A DNA stretch of 64,000 nucleotides from Chloroflexota bacterium (GTDB taxonomy: Bacteria > Chloroflexota > Limnocylindria > P2-11E), in assembly GCA_005889075.1 (NCBI GenBank), contig VBDQ01000018.1:44893-108892 (forward strand), written 5' to 3'. The position numbers and the translations under genes were made by a program. Positions 55,695-64,000 of this stretch are shown here, piece after piece. The notes under the pieces are model-generated. The model did no database searches and was not told where the DNA came from. It worked only from the letters and a program-made list of their open reading frames with translations. The number at the start of each line of letters is the position of its first letter. The stretch's first letter is position 1.

Positions 55695-56174
55695 GTGGCC
55701 GAGCACTCATTCGTCTCACGCAGGGACAACACTTTCCGCGAGTTCCCACCCGCGTCGGCACAGCTCGCGATGGTCGTTGCCTTCTATGGCGATCTCACCG
55801 TTTGGATCCGCAAAGCCGATGCGGCCGGCTGGCACTTTCCGACGAGCGGTCGCAAGTCGGGCGAGACGATCCTCGAGGTCGCGAAGCGCGAGCTCTGGGA
55901 ATCGGCGCGGATCGTTCCGCCCCGTCTCGATCTTCTCGGTGCGATGCGTTACGCCGGGATCGGCTCGCCGGGCCACGGTGTCGCGACGAAGAACACGACG
56001 GCGTACGTGTATATGTGCGAGGTGAGTCACCTGTCTTGGTGGTACGACGCTCCCGAGAAGGAGAAGGTCACGGAGGTCGGAGTCTTCCGGACCCTCCCGG
56101 ATCCGATCGCCTCCGAATCGGTCGAGGTCGTCCTCGAAGCCGCGCTCCGCGCTCGCCGCACCGGTCTTCGTTAG
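55695..56174 (+). CDS. NUDIX hydrolase
   Basis: Nudix box GETILEVAKRELWESARI (GX5EX7REUXEEXGU). The GTG at 55695 coincides with the predicted TSS of the upstream promoter. ORF 55551 extends further upstream but would lie before the promoter. Confidence 0.7.
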   Translation: MAEHSFVSRRDNTFREFPPASAQLAMVVAFYGDLTVWIRKADAAGWHFPTSGRKSGETILEVAKRELWESARIVPPRLDLLGAMRYAGIGSPGHGVATKNTTAYVYMCEVSHLSWWYDAPEKEKVTEVGVFRTLPDPIASESVEVVLEAALRARRTGLR

Positions 56175-56923
56175 GAGCGGAAGAGTCGCGAGATCCCACG
56201 GACCAACGCATCGCCGCTGAGCCCATCACCGAAGTAGTCGTCCCCAATCCGCACCTCGAGATGCAGATGCGGTCCACCCTGCGGATAGCCTGAGCTCCCG
56301 ACCGCGCCGATCACGGTGCCTGCGGTAACGCGCTCACCGACGGAAAGCTCCGCGACCGCGGAGAGGTGTGCGTATCGCGTGACGACTCCGCGGCCGTGAT
56401 CGATCCACACTTGCCGGCCGCGGATGCGGTCGAGGGTCGGAGCCGGCGTGTACCCCAGCTGCATCGCCTCGAAGAGCGCGACGTCTTGCTGCTCGCGGGT
56501 CCAGTCGAGAAAGCTCGCGTCGACCCGGATCACCGTGCCGTCCGCGGCCGCCAGCACGGGCGTCCCCGGATCGGCGGGGAAATCGATCCCCTCATGGATC
56601 CCCGCGCGGTAATCGCGCGGCGCTCCGGGAAGAAGGTCGAGGTCAGCTGGGAGCTCGGCACCCTCGATCGGCAGGACGAAGCGGCCGTAGAGACGGCCAT
56701 CGCTTCGGGCGCGCCGATCTCCGACATCGGGACTGAGCGAGGTCGCGGTTGTCGGGATCGGCGTGTACCGCGGACGGGAGATGGCCGCGCTATCGGCGGG
56801 CCGCGCCGAAGGGACCGAGGCAGCGACCGCGGCGGCGCCAAAGAGCGCTACGGCGACGATCGCGAGAACGATCCGGATCACCTTCCTACGGTACCGGCCA
56901 GGCTTGTTCGCGCGTCCCCGCAA
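56171..56923 (-). CDS. M23-family (LytM-type) metallopeptidase, membrane-anchored
   Basis: HEGIDF (HxxxD) and HLHLEV (HxH) M23 motifs, with an N-terminal TM. TTG start. Confidence 0.85.
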   Translation of the reverse strand: MRGRANKPGRYRRKVIRIVLAIVAVALFGAAAVAASVPSARPADSAAISRPRYTPIPTTATSLSPDVGDRRARSDGRLYGRFVLPIEGAELPADLDLLPGAPRDYRAGIHEGIDFPADPGTPVLAAADGTVIRVDASFLDWTREQQDVALFEAMQLGYTPAPTLDRIRGRQVWIDHGRGVVTRYAHLSAVAELSVGERVTAGTVIGAVGSSGYPQGGPHLHLEVRIGDDYFGDGLSGDALVRGISRLFRS

Positions 56924-56980
56924 TGCCGTGTCATTCGCCGATTTGACTCCGATGACTGATCTGCTACTACGCCGTAGTAC

Positions 56981-57487
56981 ATGAGGCGTCGACTTCTGCG
57001 GTCAGGATTCCTCGCAGCGCTCGGGCTCGCGACCGGCGAGCTGGGCGCGGCGGTCGCGCCCTTCGTTCGCGTGAACAAGATCGAGGGTCTCGGGAAGCCC
57101 GTAGCGATCGGAAGTGAGGCGCAGATCCTCCGGGAGTTCGCCGCGACGGATGACCGGCCGATCCTCTTTCGCGAAGGCCGATTCTTCCTGCTGCACCCGC
57201 CGGGCGGGATCATCGCCGCGTATCGAAAGTGCACGCACCTTGGCTGCGCGGTCCCGTGGAACGACGCCGAGGACCGTTTCGAGTGTCCATGCCATGGGTC
57301 GCAGTACGACAAGCACACCGCGGTGGTACTCCGGACGCCCGCGCCCAAGCCGCTTCAGCTCTTCCACATCGCGCGCGACGGCACTGACGGTCTCGTGGTC
57401 GACACCAACCCGCTGCATGTGATCGACCGCAGCGGCGCATGGGACCCCGCGGTGATCGAGATCAGCGATGTCCTGGACTCTTCCTAG
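56981..57487 (+). CDS. Rieske [2Fe-2S] domain protein with twin-arginine signal
   Basis: [19 protein letters not shown] has an RRRLL Tat motif. CTHLGC...CPCHGS are Rieske boxes. A TTGACT-N16-TACTAC promoter-like motif ends about 10 nt before the ATG. Confidence 0.8.
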   Translation: MRRRLLRSGFLAALGLATGELGAAVAPFVRVNKIEGLGKPVAIGSEAQILREFAATDDRPILFREGRFFLLHPPGGIIAAYRKCTHLGCAVPWNDAEDRFECPCHGSQYDKHTAVVLRTPAPKPLQLFHIARDGTDGLVVDTNPLHVIDRSGAWDPAVIEISDVLDSS

Positions 57488-57515
57488 CCCTCTAAGGACC
57501 GGTCCTGCTCAGGGC
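57487..57515. terminator. Bidirectional hairpin between convergent Rieske and GT2 genes: GCCCT-ctaa-GGACCGGTCC-tgctc-AGGGC
   Basis: Perfect 10-bp palindrome GGACCGGTCC flanked by a GCCCT/AGGGC inverted repeat. It overlaps both stop codons. There is no U-tract, so it is an intrinsic-terminator-like structure rather than a canonical terminator. Confidence 0.4.
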
Positions 57516-59459
57516 CGCGGGGAGTCCTCGCCGCCGCAGCTTTCCCCAACCGACGGGCAGACCGGCCAGCGCAGCCCACAGCGCCGACGCCGTCACGAGC
57601 GAGAGGAGCTGCCGGTAGCCAAGCTGCATCGGAAGTCCGACGAGCGCCCAGGCGATGCTTTCACCGTCGAGCTTCATCGCCTGCGCCGCGGCGAGCAGCT
57701 GGAGGCCCGTCGAAAGGGCGAACAGCACCACGAACTCGAATCGCACTCCGGCGACGATCACGCCATAGACGAGGACGGCGTCCACCGCCGGCGAGAGCAG
57801 CGGGAGGAGGTAGCCGAACACCAGCAGGTAGGGAAGGCCGAGCCGGCCGACGTTCGTCGCGCCGCGGGTCGGCGCGCCGCTGTGCTTCCACAGGACCTGT
57901 AGCGTCCCGTAGGACCAGCGGAAGCGCTGGCGCCACAGCGCCCCGATCGCGGTGGGTACCTCAGTCCAGGCGCGTGCGGCCGGCGCATGGCGGATATGCA
58001 GTCCCGCCTCGCCGATCGCGACGGTGAGATCCGCATCTTCTGCCAGCGTGTCGGTGGGAAACCCACCGACCGACTCGAGCGCGTCGCGCCGGAACGCGCC
58101 GAGGGCCCCAGGCACGACACTGATCGCGTCGATCTGATCGAAGAAGCGGCGATCGAGGTTGATCCCCACGACGTACTCGAGGTGTTGCATCGCTCCGAGC
58201 AAGTTCGAGCGATTGCCGACCTTCACGTTCCCGGCGACGGCTCCGACGCTCGGGTCGCCAAGTGGCTTCACCAGCTCCGCGAGGGCGTCACGTTCGACGA
58301 TCGAGTCCGCGTCCACGACCACGATCACCTCCGCGTCCGTCGACGCGAGACCATGGTTCAGCGCCGAGGCTTTGCCGCCGTTCGGCTTCTGGAGCACCAG
58401 GACGCGCCGATCATCGCCCGCGGCCTCGCGCGCAACCGCCGCGGTCCGATCGTCCGATCCGTCATCGATGACGACGATCTGGAGATCGGGATACGCGCTC
58501 GCTCGGAGCGAAGCGACACACCGGGAGATGACGATCTCTTCGCGATACGCCGGAACGAGCACGGCCACCCGGACGCTCGGTCCGGTCGAAGCCTGTCGTT
58601 GGCGTGCATGTCGGGCCGCGACGAAAACGACAGTGATAAGGCGGGCGAGGTAGAGCAGCGTCGCGAGTTCCGCGGCTGCGGCGAGGGCGTCGCCAGCCCA
58701 GCGCGCGACGCGCGCGACGGCCAGGATGAGCTCGCCTGCCGCGGCGGGCAGAAGATCGAGCGACGCTGCAGCTCCGAGGCCCGCGAGGGACCGGAGTGGA
58801 GCAAGCGTGATGTGCTGAGTCCCGACGACAAGACGAGCGAGCTCACTCGGGTCATGGATGACGACGAGCCCGTCCACCCCGGCCGCGTCGAGCGGCGGTG
58901 TCGCCGGCAGCATGGTCAGAAGTCCCAGCCCGCTCGCTCGAGCCACGAGGGTCAACGCGGTCTGGTCGATCGGGCCGGCGAGCAGCCGCGGCGGCGCGTA
59001 CAGCTCGATACGCTCGTTCGCCGCCGATTCGACGGAACGCAAGCCCACGGATTCCGTCGTGCGCCAGGCCGGCTCCGGCAGCCCGGCCGAATCGAACTGG
59101 CCGATGCCGCCGTACGCGACGTCGTGGCCCGCCCTGCGGAGGTCGGATGCGAGCGATGAGTCGGCGATGACCATCTCCGCCGTGAGCGCGAAGGTCGCGG
59201 CCTGGTGCGGCTGCGCGAGGGCGGCGGCGACCGCGCGCGCCCCGCTCGCGTTCCGTGGCGATACCAGAAGTCCCACGCGGCCGCGGCCGATCGCGCCGCG
59301 ATGCGCACCCTGTCGGTCGACGACGAGGATTGGCCCGGATCCGTCGGCGCGCGCGAGCGGTCCGCTCGCTCCGACGACCGTGCCGCGCGCCGTGGCGTCG
59401 ATCGTCGCCTCGAGCGCGAGGAGCGTGAGGATGGCGAAGAAAACGAGCAGTCGACCCAA
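57492..59459 (-). CDS. GT2-family processive glycosyltransferase (PgaC/IcaA/cellulose-synthase-like) with an N-terminal TM and a degenerate NodB-deacetylase-like domain
   Basis: GT-A core (VAVLVPAYREE...VIDDGSDDRT...VVVDADS, i.e. the DxD, and the QRFRW = Q(Q/R)xRW motif) followed by C-terminal TM helices. The N-terminal ~260 aa has ATFALTAEMV...AGHDVAYGG, resembling NodB motif regions. Confidence 0.85.
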   Translation of the reverse strand: MGRLLVFFAILTLLALEATIDATARGTVVGASGPLARADGSGPILVVDRQGAHRGAIGRGRVGLLVSPRNASGARAVAAALAQPHQAATFALTAEMVIADSSLASDLRRAGHDVAYGGIGQFDSAGLPEPAWRTTESVGLRSVESAANERIELYAPPRLLAGPIDQTALTLVARASGLGLLTMLPATPPLDAAGVDGLVVIHDPSELARLVVGTQHITLAPLRSLAGLGAAASLDLLPAAAGELILAVARVARWAGDALAAAAELATLLYLARLITVVFVAARHARQRQASTGPSVRVAVLVPAYREEIVISRCVASLRASAYPDLQIVVIDDGSDDRTAAVAREAAGDDRRVLVLQKPNGGKASALNHGLASTDAEVIVVVDADSIVERDALAELVKPLGDPSVGAVAGNVKVGNRSNLLGAMQHLEYVVGINLDRRFFDQIDAISVVPGALGAFRRDALESVGGFPTDTLAEDADLTVAIGEAGLHIRHAPAARAWTEVPTAIGALWRQRFRWSYGTLQVLWKHSGAPTRGATNVGRLGLPYLLVFGYLLPLLSPAVDAVLVYGVIVAGVRFEFVVLFALSTGLQLLAAAQAMKLDGESIAWALVGLPMQLGYRQLLSLVTASALWAALAGLPVGWGKLRRRGLPAALSRTGP

Positions 59460-59470
59460 TGGCGGAGTCC

Positions 59471-59857
59471 TTATGGCCGCGGCGACGGCGTACGACCCCG
59501 TGGCGTGGTCGGCGGGCCGTTGGGTGTGTTCCGCGGCGATGACGCCGGTGTGTTGCTCGTCTGAGGCGGTGGATTTGAGGTCGCGGCGGCCGTCGGTGCG
59601 GAGCTGAAGAACGGCAGCGGCAGACGGAAGGGGGCCGAGGTCGGTGTCGCGCCGCGCGGGGCCCCTTCAAGGGGAACCGCTGGCGCGACCACTTGTTGCA
59701 GCGCGCCGACGAACGACGGAAGCAGCGGTCCGCCGTCGCTCGACAGGATGCCCGCGACGACGACGGCCAGGCTTGCGACGAGGACGACAGCGAATCCCGT
59801 CGCCGCGACGCGCGTGATCCGCCGGCGCGCCAAGGCGCCGCGCTGAAAGACGTGCAC
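59471..59857 (-). CDS. Small membrane-anchored Pro/Thr/Ser-rich protein
   Basis: ATG ORF with a TM segment (GFAVVLVASLAVVVAGIL) and a low-complexity C-terminus. It lies immediately upstream of the GT2 gene. Confidence 0.4.
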   Translation of the reverse strand: MHVFQRGALARRRITRVAATGFAVVLVASLAVVVAGILSSDGGPLLPSFVGALQQVVAPAVPLEGAPRGATPTSAPFRLPLPFFSSAPTAAATSNPPPQTSNTPASSPRNTPNGPPTTPRGRTPSPRP

Positions 59858-59947
59858 TGAGTGATTAACTAACCACGACGAGCGCCGAAAGGGGTCCTGC
59901 CCCTACTAGGCCGTAACGCTTCGTATACTTCGTGCCAGCGCTTCCAC

Positions 59948-59985
59948 CTTTAAGGACCGGTCCTGCGAGGCCGGGAAGGGGGCTA
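59948..59985 (+). promoter_or_regulatory. PyrR-binding RNA motif upstream of pyrR (GGUCCUGCGAGGCC matches the ARUCCNGNGAGGYU binding-loop consensus), followed by a GGAAGGGGG SD-like run
   Basis: Seen directly. The position is typical for PyrR autoregulation (attenuation or translational repression). Confidence 0.6.
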
Positions 59986-60017
59986 CCGAGACGACGACGC
60001 TACTCGGCGCGGACGAC

Positions 60018-60530
60018 GTGCGCCGCGCCCTTGCCCGGATCGGCCACGAGATCGTGGAGCGCGACCGCGACCTTTCCCGTCTCGCGATCGTCGGCATACG
60101 CGCGCGCGGCGACGCGCTTGCGGCTCGCCTTTGCGAAACGATCCGCGCCAACGAAGGCGTCGAGATCCCACTCGGCGCGATCGACATAACCCTCTATCGC
60201 GACGACCTGACCCGGGTGGGCTACGCGCCTGTGGTGCGCGAGTCGGCGATCCCATTCTCGGTCGACGACCGAGTCCTGGTGCTCGTTGACGACGTGCTCT
60301 TCACCGGTCGGACCATCCGGGCGGCGATGGACGCGCTCGTCGACTACGGACGGCCGCGCGCGATCCGTTTGGCGGTGCTGGTCGATCGAGGCCATCGCGA
60401 GCTCCCGATCCGCGCCGATTTCGTTGGGAAGAACGTGCCGACCGCCATCGATGACGACGTGCGCGTGCATCTTGTCGAGGTCGACGGCCGCGACGAGGTG
60501 GAGCTCGTCAAAGCTGAGGTACCGGTGTGA
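60018..60530 (+). CDS. pyrR: Bifunctional pyrimidine operon regulator / uracil phosphoribosyltransferase PyrR
   Basis: RRALARIGHEIVER...LAIVGIRARG...VLVLVDDVLFTGRT (PRPP-binding motif). Canonical GTG at 60018. In-frame homology (TLLGADDV, equivalent to AVILDEQAI of B. subtilis PyrR) continues upstream to about 59991 with no canonical start. Confidence 0.85.
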   Translation: MRRALARIGHEIVERDRDLSRLAIVGIRARGDALAARLCETIRANEGVEIPLGAIDITLYRDDLTRVGYAPVVRESAIPFSVDDRVLVLVDDVLFTGRTIRAAMDALVDYGRPRAIRLAVLVDRGHRELPIRADFVGKNVPTAIDDDVRVHLVEVDGRDEVELVKAEVPV

Positions 60531-61489
60531 ATCCGCAGTGGTCGCGCCGGCACGTCCTCGACACCGATGACTGGTCGCGGGCCGAGATCGAGACCGTGCT
60601 GGACCAGAGCCGCGCCATGGTGGAAGTGCTGTCGCGGCCGATCCGCCGCGCACCGGCTCTGCGCGGACGGACCGTGATCCTCTTCTTCGCGGAGGCGTCG
60701 ACCCGCACGCGTGTCTCGTTCGAGCTCGCCGCGAAGGCGCTTTCCGCGGACGTCACGAACATCACCGCCACCGGATCGTCACTCGAGAAGGGCGAGTCGC
60801 TGTATGACACAGCGCGCACGCTCGAAGCTCTCGGCGGCGACGTGCTCGTCATGCGGCACGCGAGCTCGGGTGCCCCCTACTTCGTCGCGCGACGCACCAG
60901 CGCTGCGGTCATCAATGCCGGCGACGGAACGCACGCACATCCATCCCAGGGATTGCTCGATGCGTTCACGCTCCGCGAGGCGCTCGGTGATCTCGAGGGC
61001 AAGCGCATCGCGATCGTGGGCGACATCCTGCACAGTCGCGTCGCGCGCTCGGACATCCACACGCTGGTGCCTCTCGGCGCGCGGATCACGCTCTCCGGAC
61101 CGCCGACGCTCGTGCCGGCGGCATGGCGGTGCGGACAACCGCCATCGGGCGTGACCTATGAACCCGACGTCGATCGCGCTCTGGACGGTGCGGACGCGGC
61201 GATCGTGCTTCGGTTGCAGCGGGAGCGTCAGCAGGCCGGACTTCTCCCGTCACTGCGTGAGTACTCGCGGGTGTGGGGCATCGATGTCGGTCGCATGGGG
61301 CGCATGCGCGCCGGCGCGCCGGTCATGCATCCAGGACCGATGAACGAAGGCGTTGAGATCGACGCTGCGGTCGCTCACGGGTCGCGCTCCCTGATCGAAA
61401 AGCAGGTCACGAACGGCGTCGCGGTGCGGATGGCGCTCCTCTATCTCCTGGCGGCGGGATCCGCCGCGTTGCTCGAGGACCGAGCATGA
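60527..61489 (+). CDS. pyrB: Aspartate carbamoyltransferase catalytic subunit
   Basis: STRTR, HPSQ (HPxQ) and the HPGP-type C-terminal motif MHPGPMNEG. GTG overlaps the pyrR stop. Confidence 0.9.
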   Translation: MNPQWSRRHVLDTDDWSRAEIETVLDQSRAMVEVLSRPIRRAPALRGRTVILFFAEASTRTRVSFELAAKALSADVTNITATGSSLEKGESLYDTARTLEALGGDVLVMRHASSGAPYFVARRTSAAVINAGDGTHAHPSQGLLDAFTLREALGDLEGKRIAIVGDILHSRVARSDIHTLVPLGARITLSGPPTLVPAAWRCGQPPSGVTYEPDVDRALDGADAAIVLRLQRERQQAGLLPSLREYSRVWGIDVGRMGRMRAGAPVMHPGPMNEGVEIDAAVAHGSRSLIEKQVTNGVAVRMALLYLLAAGSAALLEDRA

Positions 61490-62706
61490 GCTTCGACCGG
61501 CGGCCCTTCGAAGCACGAGGCCTCCTCGTGGTCCCTGGCTTCATCGACCTGCACGCGCATCTGCGCGAGCCTGGTTTCGAGGAATCGGAGACGATCGCGA
61601 CCGGCGCTCGGGCGGCGCTGCGCGGCGGCTTCACGACGGTTTGCGCGATGCCAAACACCGAGCCGGCGATCGACGCCCCCGGACTTGTGGCTCAGGTCGT
61701 CGCGCGCGCGGCGTCGGCCGCGGGTGCGCGCGTGCTGCCCATCGCGGCGATCACCAGAGGTCGCCGCGGTGCCGAGCTCTGCGATCTCGTGGAGCTTGCC
61801 GCGGCGGGCGCCGTGGCGTTCTCGGACGACGGCGCGCCGGTGTCCGATGCCGGACTTTTCCGCCACGCGCTCGAGTACTCACGCATCGCGGGCGCGCTGA
61901 TCGTCGAGCATCCGCAGGACCTCTCCCTCTCGGCGAAGGGCGTGATGCACGAGGGCTCGGTCTCCGCGGAGCTCGGTCTCGCGGGCATGCCCGCCGCGGC
62001 GGAGGAGGCGGCGGTCGCGAGAGATCTGGCCCTCGTGAAGCTCGCTGGCGCGCGGCTCCATCTCACGCATCTTTCGACGGCCGGATCGGTCGAACTCGTC
62101 AGGCGGGCCAAGGCCGAGGGTGTGGCGGTGACGTGCGACGTCACGCCGCACCACCTCTCGTTGACCGACGAATGGGTCGCGGGCTCCCGCACGTTCGCGT
62201 GGGAACGCGCCGAACGCAATCGTGCGATGCCGTACGACGCCAACACCAAGGTGAATCCGCCGCTGCGGAGCCGCGCTGACGTGCGCGCGCTCTGGGCCGG
62301 TATCGCCGACGGCACGGTCGACGCGATCGCCACCGATCACGCGCCGCACGCGTCGATCCGCAAAGAGGTCGAGTTCGACCAGGCGGCCTTCGGGATCTCG
62401 GGGCTCGAGACCGCGCTGCCCCTGGTGCTCGGCGGTGTTCGCGCCGGATGGGCATCGTGGGACGCGGTTCTCGCTGCGCTCACGACCGGACCCGCGCGCG
62501 TGCTCGGCGTCCCGCCTCCGAAGGATGACTGGATCGTGATCGATGCCGACGCTGAGTGGACCTTGGATGGCGAGGCTCTCATATCGAAGGGCAAGAACAC
62601 TCCCCTGCTCGGCGCGAAGCTGACAGGGCGCGTGGTGGAGGTGGCGGTCGATGGCGACCTCAAGCTCAACGAAGGCCATGCCGCGGAAGCGGTCGGAGCC
62701 CGCTAA
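61486..62706 (+). CDS. pyrC: Dihydroorotase
   Basis: PGFIDLHAHLREPG (HxH metal site) and DHAPH. ATG overlaps the pyrB stop (ATGA). Confidence 0.9.
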   Translation: MSFDRRPFEARGLLVVPGFIDLHAHLREPGFEESETIATGARAALRGGFTTVCAMPNTEPAIDAPGLVAQVVARAASAAGARVLPIAAITRGRRGAELCDLVELAAAGAVAFSDDGAPVSDAGLFRHALEYSRIAGALIVEHPQDLSLSAKGVMHEGSVSAELGLAGMPAAAEEAAVARDLALVKLAGARLHLTHLSTAGSVELVRRAKAEGVAVTCDVTPHHLSLTDEWVAGSRTFAWERAERNRAMPYDANTKVNPPLRSRADVRALWAGIADGTVDAIATDHAPHASIRKEVEFDQAAFGISGLETALPLVLGGVRAGWASWDAVLAALTTGPARVLGVPPPKDDWIVIDADAEWTLDGEALISKGKNTPLLGAKLTGRVVEVAVDGDLKLNEGHAAEAVGAR

Positions 62707-62720
62707 GCTCGAAGGACAAT

Positions 62721-62734
62721 TGCATCTTTATGCA
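62721..62734. promoter_or_regulatory. 14-bp palindrome TGCATCTTTATGCA in the 52-nt AT-rich pyrC-carA intergenic region
   Basis: Seen directly. This is the only strongly AT-rich intergenic spacer in the pyr cluster, so it may be an operator (for example a repressor or PyrR-independent control site). Confidence 0.35.
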
Positions 62735-62758
62735 TCCGGAACGTATAGTTATTCATCA

Positions 62759-63889
62759 ATGACGCGGGCGGCAGTCCTCGGACTCGAAGACGGGTCGACC
62801 TGGTGGGGTGAGGCTTTTGGCGATGGTTCGCCCGCCTCCGGCGAGGTCGTGTTCAACACCGCCATGACTGGTTACCAGGAGATCGCATCGGACGCTTCAT
62901 ACAACGGCCAGATCGTCGTCCTCACGTATCCGTTGATCGGCAACTACGGGACCTTCGAGCGCGCCGCTGAGAGCCGCCGCCCATGGGTCGAGGCGATCAT
63001 CGTCCGGGAGCTCGTCGCGAGCTGCCGCGAAGGCACGATCGATTTCGACGTGTACCTGCGGTCATTCGGCGTGCCGGGCCTCGCCGGGATCGACACGCGC
63101 GCGCTCGTTCGGCGCCTGCGCGCGAAGGGCACCCTTCGTGGCGCGATCCTGCAGGTGCCTCCGCACCGTGCACTCGATCCGGACATCGCGCGCGAGGCCG
63201 TGGCCAAGGCGCAGTCGATAGCTCCGCTCGCGTCGAAGCCACTCGTCGTGGAATCGACCGGTCTCGTGCGACAGGTTGGCAGCGGCCCGAAGGTGGCGCT
63301 GCTCGATACCGGCGTCAAGGAGAACCAGGTCCGTTGCCTCGTGCGCCGAGGGGCGACCGTCAAATCGTTCCCGGCAACGTCGAGCGCCCGAGCCATCCTT
63401 TCCTGGTCGCCGGACGGCATCGTGATCTCGAACGGCCCGGGCGATCCCGCCGCGATCCCGCAGATCGCCGCGACGACTCGCACGTTGCTCGACGCCGCGA
63501 TGGCGCGTGGAGCGGAGCACCCGCTGCCGATCCTGGGCATCTGCCTCGGACATCAGCTCGTCGGACGGGCGATCGGTGCGACGACCTCGCGCCTACCCTT
63601 CGGACATCACGGCGCGAACCATCCCGTGCAGGACCTCCGGACGGGAGCCGTGGTCATCACAAGCCAGAACCACGAATTCCAGGTCGACGAGCATTCGATC
63701 CCCGCTGACTCCCACTTCGTCGTCTCGTCGCGAAACCTCAACGATGGGTCGGTCGAGGGTCTAGCCCACCGGACGCTCCCGGTGCGCACGTACCAGTACC
63801 ACCCGGAGGGCGCACCCGGGCCGCGCGACAACGAGCCGGTCTTCGACACATTCATGGATACGATCCGCGAGGCGGTCAGCCGAAAGTGA
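62759..63889 (+). CDS. carA: Carbamoyl-phosphate synthase small (glutaminase) subunit
   Basis: ATG at 62759 gives MTRAAVLGLEDGSTWWGEAFG.... Class-I glutamine amidotransferase triad region GICLGHQL. The upstream part of ORF 62651 lies in the intergenic spacer. Confidence 0.9.
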   Translation: MTRAAVLGLEDGSTWWGEAFGDGSPASGEVVFNTAMTGYQEIASDASYNGQIVVLTYPLIGNYGTFERAAESRRPWVEAIIVRELVASCREGTIDFDVYLRSFGVPGLAGIDTRALVRRLRAKGTLRGAILQVPPHRALDPDIAREAVAKAQSIAPLASKPLVVESTGLVRQVGSGPKVALLDTGVKENQVRCLVRRGATVKSFPATSSARAILSWSPDGIVISNGPGDPAAIPQIAATTRTLLDAAMARGAEHPLPILGICLGHQLVGRAIGATTSRLPFGHHGANHPVQDLRTGAVVITSQNHEFQVDEHSIPADSHFVVSSRNLNDGSVEGLAHRTLPVRTYQYHPEGAPGPRDNEPVFDTFMDTIREAVSRK

Positions 63890-64000
63890 AGCGCGAGTAC
63901 GCGATCGTCGACGTCTTCACCGATCGTGCGCTCGCGGGCAATCCCCTCGCGGTGTTCCGCGACGGAAGCGGCATCGACGCGGGCACGATGCAGGCGATCG
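63886..64000 (+). CDS. PhzF-family (phenazine-biosynthesis-like isomerase fold) protein, N-terminal fragment; continues past the window end
   Basis: VKREYAIVDVFTDRALAGNPLAVF is the PhzF N-terminal signature. GTG overlaps the carA stop. Confidence 0.55.
   Translation, partial: MKREYAIVDVFTDRALAGNPLAVFRDGSGIDAGTMQAI

Noticed and set aside
57493-57508. The first copy of the PyrR-like motif as a bona fide plus-strand PyrR attenuator
   Set aside because: On the plus strand it lacks the GAGG core and no downstream plus-strand pyr gene follows it. It is better explained as a convergent-gene hairpin or a repeat element (kept as a finding).

Overview
High-GC (~70%) bacterial chromosomal segment, most consistent with a soil Actinobacteria- or Chloroflexi-like organism (the taxon is an inference). 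Genes are densely packed, many with overlapping stop/start codons. I count about 70 coding regions, one tRNA-Gly(CCC), no rRNA, no CRISPR array and no transposase. Most long ORFs in the six-frame track are Arg/Pro-rich antisense artefacts of the high GC content; the calls below are the frames with recognisable protein-family signatures. The recognisable blocks, in order, are: (1) an aldehyde oxidoreductase Mo and 2Fe-2S subunit pair, a histidine ammonia-lyase, a gamma-carbonic anhydrase and a DAHP synthase, with a neighbouring OmpR-type response regulator; (2) a sulfur/metal-stress group: DksA-like protein, rhodanese, VIT1 transporter and a persulfide-dioxygenase-rhodanese fusion; (3) a GT4 glycosyltransferase, GH130 and a hypothetical protein in one operon; (4) two divergent sulfite-oxidase-family Mo enzymes, one fused to a membrane His-rich domain; (5) a cell-wall amidase, a RIO-type kinase, a DUF421 protein, an MFS transporter, a ParB-like protein and a split ChrA pair; (6) a secreted GHL10-type glycosidase and a secreted HExxH protein that share a ~130-aa domain; (7) a DNA-repair island: stand-alone LigD polymerase, ligase and phosphoesterase genes, a PHP-domain protein, topoisomerase IB, a zinc-ribbon protein and an SPL-like radical-SAM protein; (8) MoxR, a frameshifted DUF58 gene and a VWA protein, followed by a FecR-domain repeat protein; (9) galK and an alpha-galactosidase; (10) a low-GC islet beside tRNA-Gly carrying a tandem-HNH nuclease and a TfoX_N protein; (11) a Hanks-type kinase fused to a 10-TM domain; (12) glgA followed by a GalT-like HIT enzyme; (13) pyrR-pyrB-pyrC-carA with an upstream PyrR-binding RNA motif. 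Two genome-style signals recur. First, several divergent gene pairs have abutting or overlapping start codons, and sigma70-like promoters sit directly on start codons, which points to leaderless mRNAs. Second, at least six well-conserved genes have clear in-frame N-terminal homology upstream of the first ATG/GTG/TTG, which points to non-canonical initiation (CTG, ATC or ACG) or to assembly errors.
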